Both the position numbers and the translations under genes were made by a program. DNA of 64,000 nt, taken from Eledone cirrhosa (taxonomy: Eukaryota). Location of the stretch: contig OZ024742.1 of the NCBI GenBank assembly GCA_964016885.1, positions 370,822,001 to 370,886,000 of the forward strand. The letters are read 5' to 3'. The notes beneath the pieces were generated by a model that was not told the origin of the DNA, made no database searches, and was given only the letters and a program-made list of their open reading frames with translations. Below, piece after piece: positions 30,001-40,135 of the stretch. How positions within the stretch are numbered: the first letter of the stretch is position 1; each line of letters starts with the position of its first letter.

Positions 30001-33000
30001 GTAGGTGTGTTGACAGTGTCTGGTGACATTACAGGGTGGTAGGGGTATTGACAGTGTCTGGTGACATTACAGGGTGGTAGATGTGTTGACAGTGTCTGGT
30101 GACCTTACAGGTTGGTAGGGGTATTAACAGTGTCTGGTGACCTTACAGGGAGGTAGGGGTATTGGCAGTGTATGGTGACCTTACAGGGAGGTAGGGGTAT
30201 TGACAGTGTATGGTGACCTTACAGGGAGGTAGGGGTATTAACAGTGTCTGGTGACCTTACAGGGAGGTAGGGGTATTGACAGTGTCTGGTGACCTTACAG
30301 GGAGGTAGGGGTATTAACAGTGTATGGTGACCTTACAGGGAGGTAGGGGTATTGACAGTGTATGGTGACCTTACAGGGAGGTAGGGGTATTGACAGTGTC
30401 TGGTGACCTTACAGGGTGGTAGGGGTATTGACAGTGTATGGTGACCTTACAGGGAGGTAGGGGTATTGACAGTGTATGGTGACCTTACAGGGAGGTAGGG
30501 GTATTGACAGTGTCTGGGGATCTTACAGGGAGGTAGGGGCATTGACAGTGTCTGGTGACCTTACAGGGAGGTAGGGGTATTGACAGTGTCTGGTGACCTT
30601 ACAGGGAGGTAGGGGTATTGACAGTGTCTGGTGACCTTACAGGGAGGTAGGGGTATTGACAGTGTCTGGTGACCTTACAGGGTGGTAGGGGTATTGACAG
30701 TGTCTGGTGACCTTACAGGGTGGTAGGGGCATTGACAGTGTCTGGTGACCTTACAGGGTTGTAGGGACATTGACAGTGTTTGGTGACCTTACAGGGTGGT
30801 AGGGGTATTGACAGTGTCTGGTGACCCTATAGGGTGTTAGGTTTATTGACAGTGTATGGTGACCTTACAGGGTGGTAGGGGTATTGACAGTGTCTGGTGA
30901 CCCTATAGGGTGTTAGGTTTATTGACAGTGTATGGTGACCTTACAGGGTGGTAGGGGCATTGACAGTGTCTGGTGAACTTACAGGGTCGTATGGACATTG
31001 ACAGTGTCTGGTGACCTTACAAGGTGGTAGGGGTATTGACAGTGTATGGTGACCTTGCAGGGAGGTAGGGGTATTGACAGTGTCTGGTGACCTTACAGGG
31101 TGGTAGGGGTATTGACAGTGTATGGTGACCTTACAGGGAGGTAGGGGCATTGACAGTGTCTGGTGACCTTACAGGGTGGTAGGGGTATTGACAGTGTCTG
31201 GTGACCTTACAGGGTGGTAGGGGTATTGACAGTGTATGGTGACTCTACAGGGTGGTAGGGGAATTGACAGTGTCTGGTTACCTTACAGGGTGGTAGGGGC
31301 ATTGACAGTGTCTGGTGACCTTACAGGGTGGTAGGGGTATTGACAGTGTATGGTGACTCTACAGGGTGGTAGGGGTATTGACAGTGTATGGTGACCTTAC
31401 AGGGAGGTAGGGGCATTGACAGTGTCTGGTGACCTTACAGGGAGGTAGGGGTATTGACAGTGTCTGGTGACCTTACAGGGAGGTAGGGGTATTGACAGTG
31501 TCTGGTGACCTTACAGGGTGGTAGGGGTATTGACAGTGTCTGGTGACCTTACAGGGTGGTAGGGGCATTGACAGTGTCTGGTGACCTTACAGGGTTGTAG
31601 GGACATTGACAGTGTTTGGTGACCTTACAGGGTGGTAGGGGTATTGACAGTGTCTGGTGACCCTATAGGGTGTTAGGTTTATTGACAGTGTATGGTGACC
31701 TTACAGGGTGGTAGGGGTATTGACAGTGTCTGGTGACCCCATAGGGTGTTAGGTTTATTGACAGTGTATGGTGACCTTACAGGGTGGTAGGGGCATTGAC
31801 AGTGTCTGGTGAACTTACAGGGTCGTATGGACATTGACAGTGTCTGGTGACCTTACAAGGTGGTAGGGGTATTGACAGTGTATGGTGACCTTACAGGGAG
31901 GTAGGGGTATTGACAGTGTCTGGTGACCTTACAGGGTGGTAGGGGTATTGACAGTGTATGGTGACCTTACAGGGAGGTAGGGGCATTGACAGTGTCTGGT
32001 GACCTTACAGGGTGGTAGGGGTATTGACAGTGTCTGGTGACCTTACAGGGTGGTAGGGGTATTGACAGTGTATGGTGACTCTACAGGGTGGTAGGGGTAT
32101 TGACAGTGTATGGTGACCTTACAGGGAGGTAGGGGCATTGACAGTGTCTGGTGACCTTACAGGGTGGTAGGGGTATTGACAGTGTCTGGTGACCTTACAG
32201 GGAGGTAGGGGTATTGACAGTGTCTGGTGACCTTACAGGGTGGTAGGGGTATTGACAGTGTCTGGTGACCTTACAGGGTGGTAGGGGTATTGACAGTGTC
32301 TGGTGACCTTACAGGGTGGTAGGGGCATTGACAGTGTCTGGTGACCTTACAGGGTTGTAGGGACATTGACAGTGTTTGGTGACCTTACAGGGTGGTAGGG
32401 GTATTGACAGTGTCTGGTGACCCTATAGGGTGTTAGGTTTATTGACAGTGTATGGTGACCTTACAGGGTGGTAGGGGTATTGACAGTGTCTGGTGACCCT
32501 ATAGGGTGTTAGGTTTATTGACAGTGTATGGTGACCTTACAGGGTGGTAGGGGCATTGACAGTGTCTGGTGAACTTACAGGGTCGTATGGACATTGACAG
32601 TGTCTGGTGACCTTACAAGGTGGTAGGGGTATTGACAGTGTATGGTGACCTTACAGGGAGGTAGGGGTATTGACAGTGTCTGGTGACCTTACAGGGTGGT
32701 AGGGGTATTGACAGTGTATGGTGACCTTACAGGGAGGTAGGGGCATTGACAGTGTCTGGTGACCTTACAGGGTGGTAGGGGTATTGACAGTGTCTGGTGA
32801 CCTTACAGGGTGGTAGGGGTATTGACAGTGTATGGTGACTCTACAGGGTGGTAGGGGAATTGACAGTGTCTGGTTACCTTACAGGGTGGTAGGGGCATTG
32901 ACAGTGTCTGATGACCTTACAGGGTGGTAGGGGTATTGACAGTGTCTGGTGACCTTACAGGGAGGTAGGGGCATTGACAGTGTCTAGTGACCTTACAGGG

Positions 33001-33001
33001 T
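1..33001. repeat. 38-bp tandem satellite, consensus TTACAGGGTGGTAGGGGTATTGACAGTGTCTGGTGACC, about 868 copies, runs off left edge
   Basis: Direct reading: uninterrupted head-to-tail 38-nt units with scattered substitutions and few indels. The array breaks down at ~33001-33025 (tgacctacttgtcttatgaccttac). Confidence 0.99.
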
Positions 33002-33023
33002 GACCTACTTGTCTTATGACCTT

Positions 33024-33735
33024 ACGTGCATACATATATGTATACAGACGTACAGTAGTATGTATATATATATATATACCTACATGCACACATATATATA
33101 TGCACGTATGGATTCACCGAACATTTATTATAATGCTCGGTGTGTTTGTAAACAAACATCCCATATTAAGCCGTAGTGTCCAGCAACCATCGTTGCTCGT
33201 TTGTTCAACACTGACAAAGGAACGCTTTACTAGTTTCAAGCTTATGTGTGCATGTATGTATATATATATATACATACTACTGTACGACTGTATACATATA
33301 TGTATGCACGTGTACATACTTATATTTAAGTAACAGCCGTACTAAGAGTGGGAAATGAAATTTCGTTTCATTTTTTCCGTTTATCGTTTTCGGTGCACCC
33401 GGCCGATTAACCCACTCGATATGCAAATTTGTCTACTCAGCCGTTAATATGCATAAGGTAAGTATATACGTTCAACAATCTGGCAGGAAGGTATACGTTG
33501 CAAACGATAGCTAATAAGCTTGAAACTAGTACAGCGTTCCTCTGTCAGTGTTGAACAAACGAGCAACGATGGTTACTGGACACTACGGCTTAATACGGGA
33601 TGTTTGTTTACAAACACACCGAGCATTATAATAAATGTTCGGTGAATCCATACGTACATGTATATATGTGTGTATGTATGTATATATATATATATACATA
33701 CTACTGTACGTCTGTATACATATATGTATGCACGT
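33024..33735. repeat. Long inverted repeat (arms 33024-33245 and 33514-33735, ~222 bp) with nested ~140-bp direct repeat (~33244-33383 / ~33667-33807)
   Basis: ggattcaccgaacatttattataatgctcggtgtgtttgtaaacaaacatccc...tttcaagcttat is the reverse complement of ataagcttgaaa...gggatgtttgtttacaaacacaccgagcattataataaatgttcggtgaatcc. The block tacttatatttaagtaacagccgtactaagagtgggaaatgaaatttcgtttc occurs twice in direct orientation. Confidence 0.95.
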
Positions 33736-34219
33736 GTACATACTTATATTTAAGTAACAGCCGTACTAAGAGTGGGAAATGAAATTTCGTTTCATTTTTC
33801 CGTTTATAATTAACTGTGTTTACTTTAAAAAAATTAATTGATTAAAAGTTGTCTCCCTTCTGTACAAAAGTTTGAAAGATGGTATTTACATTTGTATGCG
33901 GACTCACCTTTATCGAAATGCCAATGAGAATAAAGCTACCTGGCCCTTGTCGATAGGATCGGAATGTCTGATTGAATGACTACATTTCCCTGCTTGCTGG
34001 AACAAACTGTATGTGGTGTGTCTCCTGCGAGAGACGAGAACAGAATGAAAATGATCAAGCTAGTTATCTCGAATAAACTGGAAACGACCCGTAGCTGGAT
34101 ATTTCTCCTGGCAAGCTGGTGACATTAAGAAATCATTAAAAATGGTACAAAGATCTTTAATGGTAATAATTATAAAATGTGACATGTGCAATATAACATC
34201 CACTTAGGGAATACAACCC

Positions 34220-34958
34220 GTGCTGAAGGGTCTTTCGAGTAACATTACTTGATAGAGAGCATAGCTTGGAGATCAGAAAGACACTCCAGGTAGAGCCGCT
34301 ACTTCTCTGAATTGAGAGATCACAGCTCTGGTACTATGGACATGTGGTTAGAATGTCTCAGGAGATCAGAAAGACACTCCAGGTAGAGCCGCTACTTCTC
34401 TGAATTGAGAGATCACAGCTCTGGTACTATGGACATGTGGTTAGAATGTCTCAGGAGATCAGAAAGACACTCCAGGTAGAGCCGCTACTTCTCTGAATTG
34501 AGAGATCACAGCTCTGGTACTATGGACATGTGGTTAGAATGTCTCAGGAGATCAGAAAGACACTCCAGGTAGAGCCGCTACTTCTCTGAATTGAGAGATC
34601 ACAGCTCTGGTACTATGGACATGTGGTTAGAATGTCTCAGGAGATCAGAAAGACACTCCAGGTAGAGCCGCTACTTCTCCGAGTTGAGAGATCACAGCTC
34701 TGGTACTATGGACATGTGGTTAGAATGTCTCAGGAAAGAATCGCTGGACAGATTTTTTTAGCAAAACCAAATGGCAGGAGACCCAGGGGTAGACCCCAAG
34801 CAAGATGGTTGGATAACATCCATGAGCTCAGCTGGTCTCACTTGGGAATGTAGCCAGATCTGTTGGGAACAGTTGCTTCTGAGAGGACCTGCTGGATGGA
34901 GTGTTTGAAGACTCTGCCCTCACAACCCTCTCAGGAATAAGAGGGTGAAGAAGAAAAA
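34220..34958 (+). mobile_element. 5'-truncated, decayed RTE-clade LINE 3' end (C-terminal ORF segment plus GAA-type tail)
   Basis: Translation RVFRVTLLDREHSLEIRKTLQVEPLLLRVERSQLWYYGHVVRMSQERIAGQIFLAKPNGRRPRGRPQARWLD matches the RTE C-terminal GHV.RM / GRRPRGRP..RW pattern. It ends in gaagaagaaaa and has in-frame stops. Confidence 0.8.
34268..34732 (+). repeat. 93-bp tandem repeat x5 inside the RTE fragment
   Basis: Units beginning ggagatcagaaagacactcc at 34268, 34361, 34454, 34547 and 34640. Confidence 0.98.
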
Positions 34959-35042
34959 GACATATATTTATATATTTTATTCATGTAAATATGTATATAC
35001 ATATATATATAATGTATAAAAATGTATATAATGTATATAATA

Positions 35043-35102
35043 CAATTTATTGTGTGTTACAATTGTTTCGCCAGCGAAACAATTGTAACACACAATAAAT
35101 TG
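35043..35102. repeat. Perfect 29-bp-arm palindrome with 2-nt spacer, containing a hammerhead 3' half (GAAA-CAATTG-TA)
   Basis: caatttattgtgtgttacaattgtttcgc-ca-gcgaaacaattgtaacacacaataaattg. Confidence 0.95.
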
Positions 35103-35240
35103 AGTTCAGATGCATCACTGATTTTTCATTTTCTATTATATCATACTCTGCTCTGTAAGAGCATAGAGTGCTCAACCGGCATACCGCCTATGGAAGCATC
35201 TTAGCTACCATCAGACATATATATAATGTATATATATATA

Positions 35241-35470
35241 TCATGATCATCATCATCATCATCACCATTTTACGTCCATTCTTCCACACTAGCATGGGTT
35301 AGATGAGTTATCCTGTTGTGGTGAATGCCAGGTCAGGTGACCATGTCTTGCTCATAGAGAACTGATTTTGGCTACATTTCTACAGCTGGATGGCCTTCCT
35401 AACACCAACATTTACAGGGAGTACTGGGTGTTTTTTATCATGACGTCTACATGACCACTTTACAGTGGTC
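35241..35470 (-). mobile_element. Decayed interspersed repeat with (ATG)n tail (RTE-tail / SINE-like)
   Basis: (CAT)n followed by ttttacgtccattcttccacactagcatgggttaga. A related copy is at ~37960-38130 (catcatcatcattaccatttaatgtctagtatccatgctggtgtgggttaga...ccaaccattttacaga). Confidence 0.55.
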
Positions 35471-35489
35471 ATGTAGGTGTCTGTATGCT

Positions 35490-35745
35490 TCAGCTACGGC
35501 TTATATCCATGGGAAATAGGGTCTTCTGTATTATTGCGTGACACCAGAGGTCACAGTCCTGTGTCATCGCCTTTGAGAGGTGCAATTGGGCAAGAGCAAT
35601 TTTTATCACCTCATCCCATGTCTTCCTGGGTCTCTCCACTCCAAGGCTTCCATCAACTTTTAGTGCTCTGCACCTTTTTATGCAGCTGTCATCCTTCATC
35701 CATCAAGATACTTCATTTCATGTTGCCCCAGTCAACTCAGTTGTA
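35490..35745 (-). mobile_element. Decayed RTE-clade LINE C-terminal fragment
   Basis: ORF 35490-35699(-) MKDDSCIKRCRALKVDGSLGVERPRKTWDEVIKIAL..L.L...M..D..LW resembles the RTE C-terminal RPRKTW motif region. Confidence 0.7.
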
Positions 35746-35884
35746 AAAAAAAGATAATGAGTCTGAGCAACAGACTCATGTCTTTTCCAGTTGAAAGTCT
35801 TGTATTCTCAGTCACTTAACATTAATAAAACTAGGGCAAGCTCCAGCCTGTTGAGCCTCTGAGATTGGTACAAACTTTAACTAT

Positions 35885-36135
35885 GAATGGTTAATAAATT
35901 AACATCACAATTACAAGGTTCCAAGTTTGGTCCCAGAGTATGGCATCTTGGGAAAATGTCATTTACCATAACCTTGGCACCACTCTAGTCTTGTGTTGAA
36001 ATTAGAGAGAAACTGTTTGAAAGGCTGTCAGACAAACTATACTTTTAATTCAAGGGACCAACCTTGTAACACTGTGTCTTACTGAATCTTCCTGAGAATT
36101 ATGTCAGAGGTACATGTATCTGTGGAATATTTGTC
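35885..36135 (+). mobile_element. Decayed SINE-like interspersed repeat
   Basis: ggttccaagtttggtccc (degenerate B-box) followed by ggcatcttgggaaaatgtcatttaccataacc, resembling the 'ccttgggcaagtgtcttctactatagcc' SINE core. A fragment of the same core is at ~45188-45220. Family recognition is from memory. Confidence 0.5.
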
Positions 36136-36274
36136 TGTTGCAACTTCTGGCAGAAGTATCATTACTATTTAGGTGAGAGGAGGCCATATTTGAACTCTGG
36201 GCATACAGAACTAATAAATGTACCAGAAATTATCCTATCTGATTCTTTAACAATTCCACCAATCCATCACCTCT

Positions 36275-36420
36275 GAATTGGTATTTTAATTATCAACCCT
36301 GAAAGGATGAAATACAAAGTTGACCTCTGCATGATTTCAATTCAGAGCTCAAAGAGCCAGAACAAATATCACGGCATTTAATCCAATGCTTTAATGATTT
36401 GCTGCCAATTTACTGCCAAA
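36275..36420 (-). mobile_element. Decayed tRNA-derived SINE (reverse copy of the family at 39870-40060)
   Basis: ggtattttaattatcaaccctgaaaggatgaaatacaaagttgacctc is a diverged reverse complement of gaggttaactttgctttcatccttacggggtcgataaaataaagtacc at ~39957-40003. Confidence 0.7.
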
Positions 36421-36879
36421 TAACCAGAAATAAAAGTAGGTTTTAAAAATAGAGACAACACAGAAAACAACTGATATTAATCTTATTAGTTTGTATGTCA
36501 ATACGAGATCAATATGAGATCAATTATTAGTAGAATAATATTTATTGTATTGTTATATTGAGCCTGTAGCAGTGGAGACTTCTGGTTGACCCTAAGACAA
36601 TCTCCCTACTCCCCACAATTGGCATGGAGTTGGCTACCTGCAGGTGTTACCCTAGCGAGCTGGAATGGCTCTTTTAATGTGTCTCCCTCCCCATCCTCTG
36701 GGGAAATGCCTTCTTTATTCTGTCCACCGAGGCTGTAACTGTGTAGGCCCCCATTTGCTTATAATAGTAAGGGATGGGGAGAGCGAGAAAGATGGTGGCA
36801 GTGACAATGGGAATTTGATTCTATATATTCAGTCCTTGTTAGGAATTTTTAGTTTCAGTGTGTATATGGACACACACAT

Positions 36880-36881
<2 letters not shown>

Positions 36882-36926
<45 letters not shown>
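36882..36926. repeat. (CA)n microsatellite
   Basis: Direct reading. Confidence 0.97.
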
Positions 36927-36928
<2 letters not shown>

Positions 36929-37072
36929 GTAAACCGTTGTTATATTTTACTTCCATTTTTCATGATATATATATATATATAAAAAACTTCTTTAGTCAGG
37001 GAAGAAAGAGTAAAGCCTGTGATAGTTTTCATAGCTTCTGAGGCAGGGTGAGATGGAGAGAAGAAGCTATTC

Positions 37073-37301
37073 TTAACCCTTTCATTGCCATATTTCTAAC
37101 ATTGTGTTTGAATTAAATTAATGAAGAATTTAGAAGGATTTACTAATTATTTCATTAAGATAGTATTTGTAACACAGCTTATTAAAAGGTTCTTATAGAA
37201 AAGTATATTAGAATTAATTTAAGTAGGAACACTTTAAAATGAATGGTTTTCTTCCATAGAAGCAGAGGTGGTTTTAGGTGGGTTGGTATCAAAAGGGTTA
37301 A
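37073..37301. mobile_element. piggyBac-like non-autonomous MITE (~220 bp) with TTAA target-site duplication
   Basis: TTAA(37073-76)|CCCTTTcattgCC ... GGtatcaAAAGGG|TTAA(37298-301). CCC...GGG termini with a TTAA TSD are piggyBac hallmarks; the interior is AT-rich and non-coding. Confidence 0.75.
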
Positions 37302-37552
37302 ACTGAAGACTAGACCTAAAGACTGTATTTTTCTGTGTATTGTGCTCATTCATGTATAATGTGCACCCCTTTTTGACCAGAAAAATAGCATGTGGTGTAG
37401 CCAACCTTCAGAAATGAGGATATGCCACTGATGATTATTCCAATGGATGGGTGTGGTTTAGTGCTCAATAAGATGATAAGGAAAATGTCTGGAAAACAAA
37501 AAAAAAACAGAATAAACAAACACACAAGTCTTTGTACTAACTCCCACCTTAT

Positions 37553-37798
37553 ACCCCCCCCCCATCATCATTTTCACCATTATCATCATCATTATCACCA
37601 TTATCATCATCATCATTTTCTCTCTCTCAACACATTCCTGATATCAAAATCCCCCCAAAACTGTGGGTTTCCAAGATATTATGACCTACTGTTGTTGTTG
37701 TTATTGGAATTGTTGCTGTTATTGTTGTTGTCTCTGTTGTTATTGTCTATGCCATTGTTGTTGTCCCCCCCCCCCCCCACCTCTCTCTCTCTCTCTCC
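37553..37798. repeat. Compound low-complexity region: poly-C, (CAT)n, (TTG)n, poly-C, (CT)n
   Basis: Direct reading. It accounts for the His/Leu-rich ORF 37422-37877. Confidence 0.9.
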
Positions 37799-38079
37799 TG
37801 TCATTGCTTCAAGGCTATGGAGGGAAATAATATTGTTTATCCAACCAGTTTTAATGATTCTTCTGTTAAAAGACTAAATAATACAGTTTAATGAACATAC
37901 ACACACACACATGTATATATGTGTGTGTGTCTGTGTCACTCAGTATGTCTGTATATGTGTCATCATCATCATTACCATTTAATGTCTAGTATCCATGCTG
38001 GTGTGGGTTAGACATATTGCCATATTCTGTGTCTATGTCTAGCTCCATTTATGGTTTCTCTGACTCAATATTCTACCAA

Positions 38080-38375
38080 ATGCCAACCAACCATTTTACA
38101 GAATCTTCTGGGAGAATTTTATCATAGCACCACCACTACTTCTTTACAGAGTAAACTAGGTGTTTTTTTATCACGGCACTAATACTACTACTTTTTAGTG
38201 TGGGATGGGTGCTTATAATTGTGGCCCCAGCATAATCAACTTACAGGGTTAACTGGGTGATTTTTATCATGACACCAGTACTTCCACTTTATAATGTAGA
38301 GTAATTTATTGGGACACCACGCTATCACTTTATCAAGTATCTGGGTGGATTTTATCGTGGCACCAGCCTACAACA
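38080..38375. repeat. Highly degenerate ~55-65-bp tandem repeat (ccactactttacagagtNNactgggtgntttttatcatggcaccag-like), about 5-6 copies
   Basis: Recurring tttacaga...ctggg...ttttatca(t/c)(g/a)gcac(c) blocks. Single copies also occur at ~35410-35445 and ~45140-45175. Confidence 0.6.
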
Positions 38376-38559
38376 CTAGGGTGTTGGTTGTGTCTTCAAC
38401 TTACAGTGGGACATGTGTGCATGTGTGCTGTTATACAGAAAATAAAAATCTTCACTGGATTAGTTTCCAGCATCCTTGGCCTTGGAAAACTCCAGTACCA
38501 GTCAACCAAGATAAATATAATTTAGACAACTGTAATACATGTATGGCATCATCACATCA

Positions 38560-39865
38560 GTAAACTCCAGCTGCTGTGGCCAATTCATCGAGTTTCTTGA
38601 AGACATTACCTGAATCACTGATGGCGGCTCATGGGTGGATGTTATCTATTTTGACTTTGCTAAAGTTTTTAATTCTGTGCCACACAAAAGTCTTATGGCA
38701 AAACTCTCTGCAATGATGTGAGTGATGATCTTTATAACTTGTGAAAGTCCTTCATTCTCAGTTGAAAAGAGGTAGTCATGGTTCTAGGACAGCAGTCTTC
38801 ACCCTATGAGATGACATTTGGTGTACTATAGAGATCTATTCTTGGTTTGTTGCATATATTAATGACATAGATGCTAACTTGAAGAATGTCACAGTGTTGA
38901 AATATGCAGATGACATCAAGCTGTACCTTGAGATAAAAAAGACAGATCCTGCAATCAGACCTGAACACAATGCAGCAAAGGATTATGGATTGGCAACTCA
39001 AGCTGGCTGTGGTCAAGTATACCACCATGCATTTTGAAAAGAAAAAACCTAGCTTTCACATACTTCCTCCACAATACAAACCTCAAGTCTTCTTGTGAAT
39101 GTGACCTGGGCATTATTGTCAACAGTGATTTGCATGGGACAAAGCACGTCTCTAAACTTGTCAAGGCCGAGGGTGTCTTAACATCACTCAGTAAGACCTT
39201 TGTCAGCCACTCTCCAGCTATCTATTTAAAGCTGTATATAGCTATGGTGTGGCCACACTTAGAATTTGCATCACCAGTCTAGAATCCCTATCTTGCTCAG
39301 AATATTGATCAGGGAACTGTTCAGAAATGTGCAACCAAATGAATACCCTCCATCAGGCATCTACCATACTCTGAACGCCTTGCTTCCCTGGGCATAGATA
39401 CATTAAAGTTTTGTTGTCTGGCAACTGACTTGGTAAACACCCACAAAATTATTAACCATGTTGCCAACAACAACCCCAGCACTTTTTTTATTTCCATGTG
39501 TCTAACACACGTGGGAATGCTTACAGAATCAGAAAACAGTACAGTTCCCATGACTTTCAGAAACATTTTTTCACACTCAGAGTTTCTGAAGCATGGAACA
39601 AACTATTTGCATCAGTTGTTAGCTGTCAGGATACTGCATTCTTCAAAAGTTCCATCTTCCCGAAATTCGCCAACACTACACCTGATATTCCCCCTCCATA
39701 CACACACACTTGTGTGTGTGGTGTGTGGTGTGATGTGGTGTGTGTATCGTGACACATACACTGTTCGCTTTCCTGATAGTTGTACATTATTCTATGTACT
39801 ATACATGTACTTTTGATGATTGTAGTGCACCTGAGCACAGTAAACAATAATTTTCATTATTATTA
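38560..39865 (+). mobile_element. Decayed CR1-group LINE (reverse transcriptase and C-terminal part of ORF2, 3' UTR, (TAT)n tail)
   Basis: VDVIYFDFAKVFNSVPHK at 38635-38688 and YADDIKLY at 38903. Further motifs ECDLGIIVNSDL, LKLYIAMVWPHLEFASPV*NPYL and TRGNAYRIRK...FFTLRVSEAWNKL lie in shifting frames with many stops. The element ends cattattatta. Confidence 0.88.
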
Positions 39866-39869
39866 AATG

Positions 39870-40060
39870 CGGTGGATTGGCAGTAGAGGTAGAGGGTCGG
39901 ACGCCATGCTTTGTAGCACAGTTACGTCCCTTTACGGACTGAGTTCAAATCCTGCCGAGGTTAACTTTGCTTTCATCCTTACGGGGTCGATAAAATAAAG
40001 TACCAGTAATACACTGGAATAATTGCTGGCCTTGTGCCAAAAAGTAGAAACTATTATTAA
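39870..40060 (+). mobile_element. tRNA-derived SINE with B-box and (TTA) tail, flanked by 12-bp direct repeats
   Basis: B-box-like GAGTTCAAATCC at 39941-39952, body ctttgctttcatccttacggggtcgataaaataaagtaccag, and TATTATTAAATG at 39858-39869 and 40052-40063. Confidence 0.78.
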
Positions 40061-40085
40061 ATGTTTGTTGTTATTTTTATACCCA

Positions 40086-40120
<35 letters not shown>

Positions 40121-40135
40121 ATTCGTTTTGAAGGG

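Noticed and set aside
2774-31150. Six minus-strand ORFs of 62-71 aa (PPCKVTRHCQYPYHP...)
   Set aside because: Chance read-through of the 38-bp satellite. The unit is not a multiple of 3, and consensus stops are lost only by point variants.
33421-33428. Octamer motif ATGCAAAT (also at ~40513) as a regulatory site
   Set aside because: An 8-mer in AT-rich repeat DNA is expected by chance, and there is no associated snRNA or gene.
33016-33782. ORFs 33016-33333, 33114-33317 and 33600-33782
   Set aside because: Translations of (TA)/(TG)-rich inverted-repeat sequence with no recognisable domain.
36665-37877. ORFs 36665-36982 and 37422-37877 (His- and Leu-rich)
   Set aside because: Composition is explained by (CA)n, (CAT)n and (TTG)n microsatellites.
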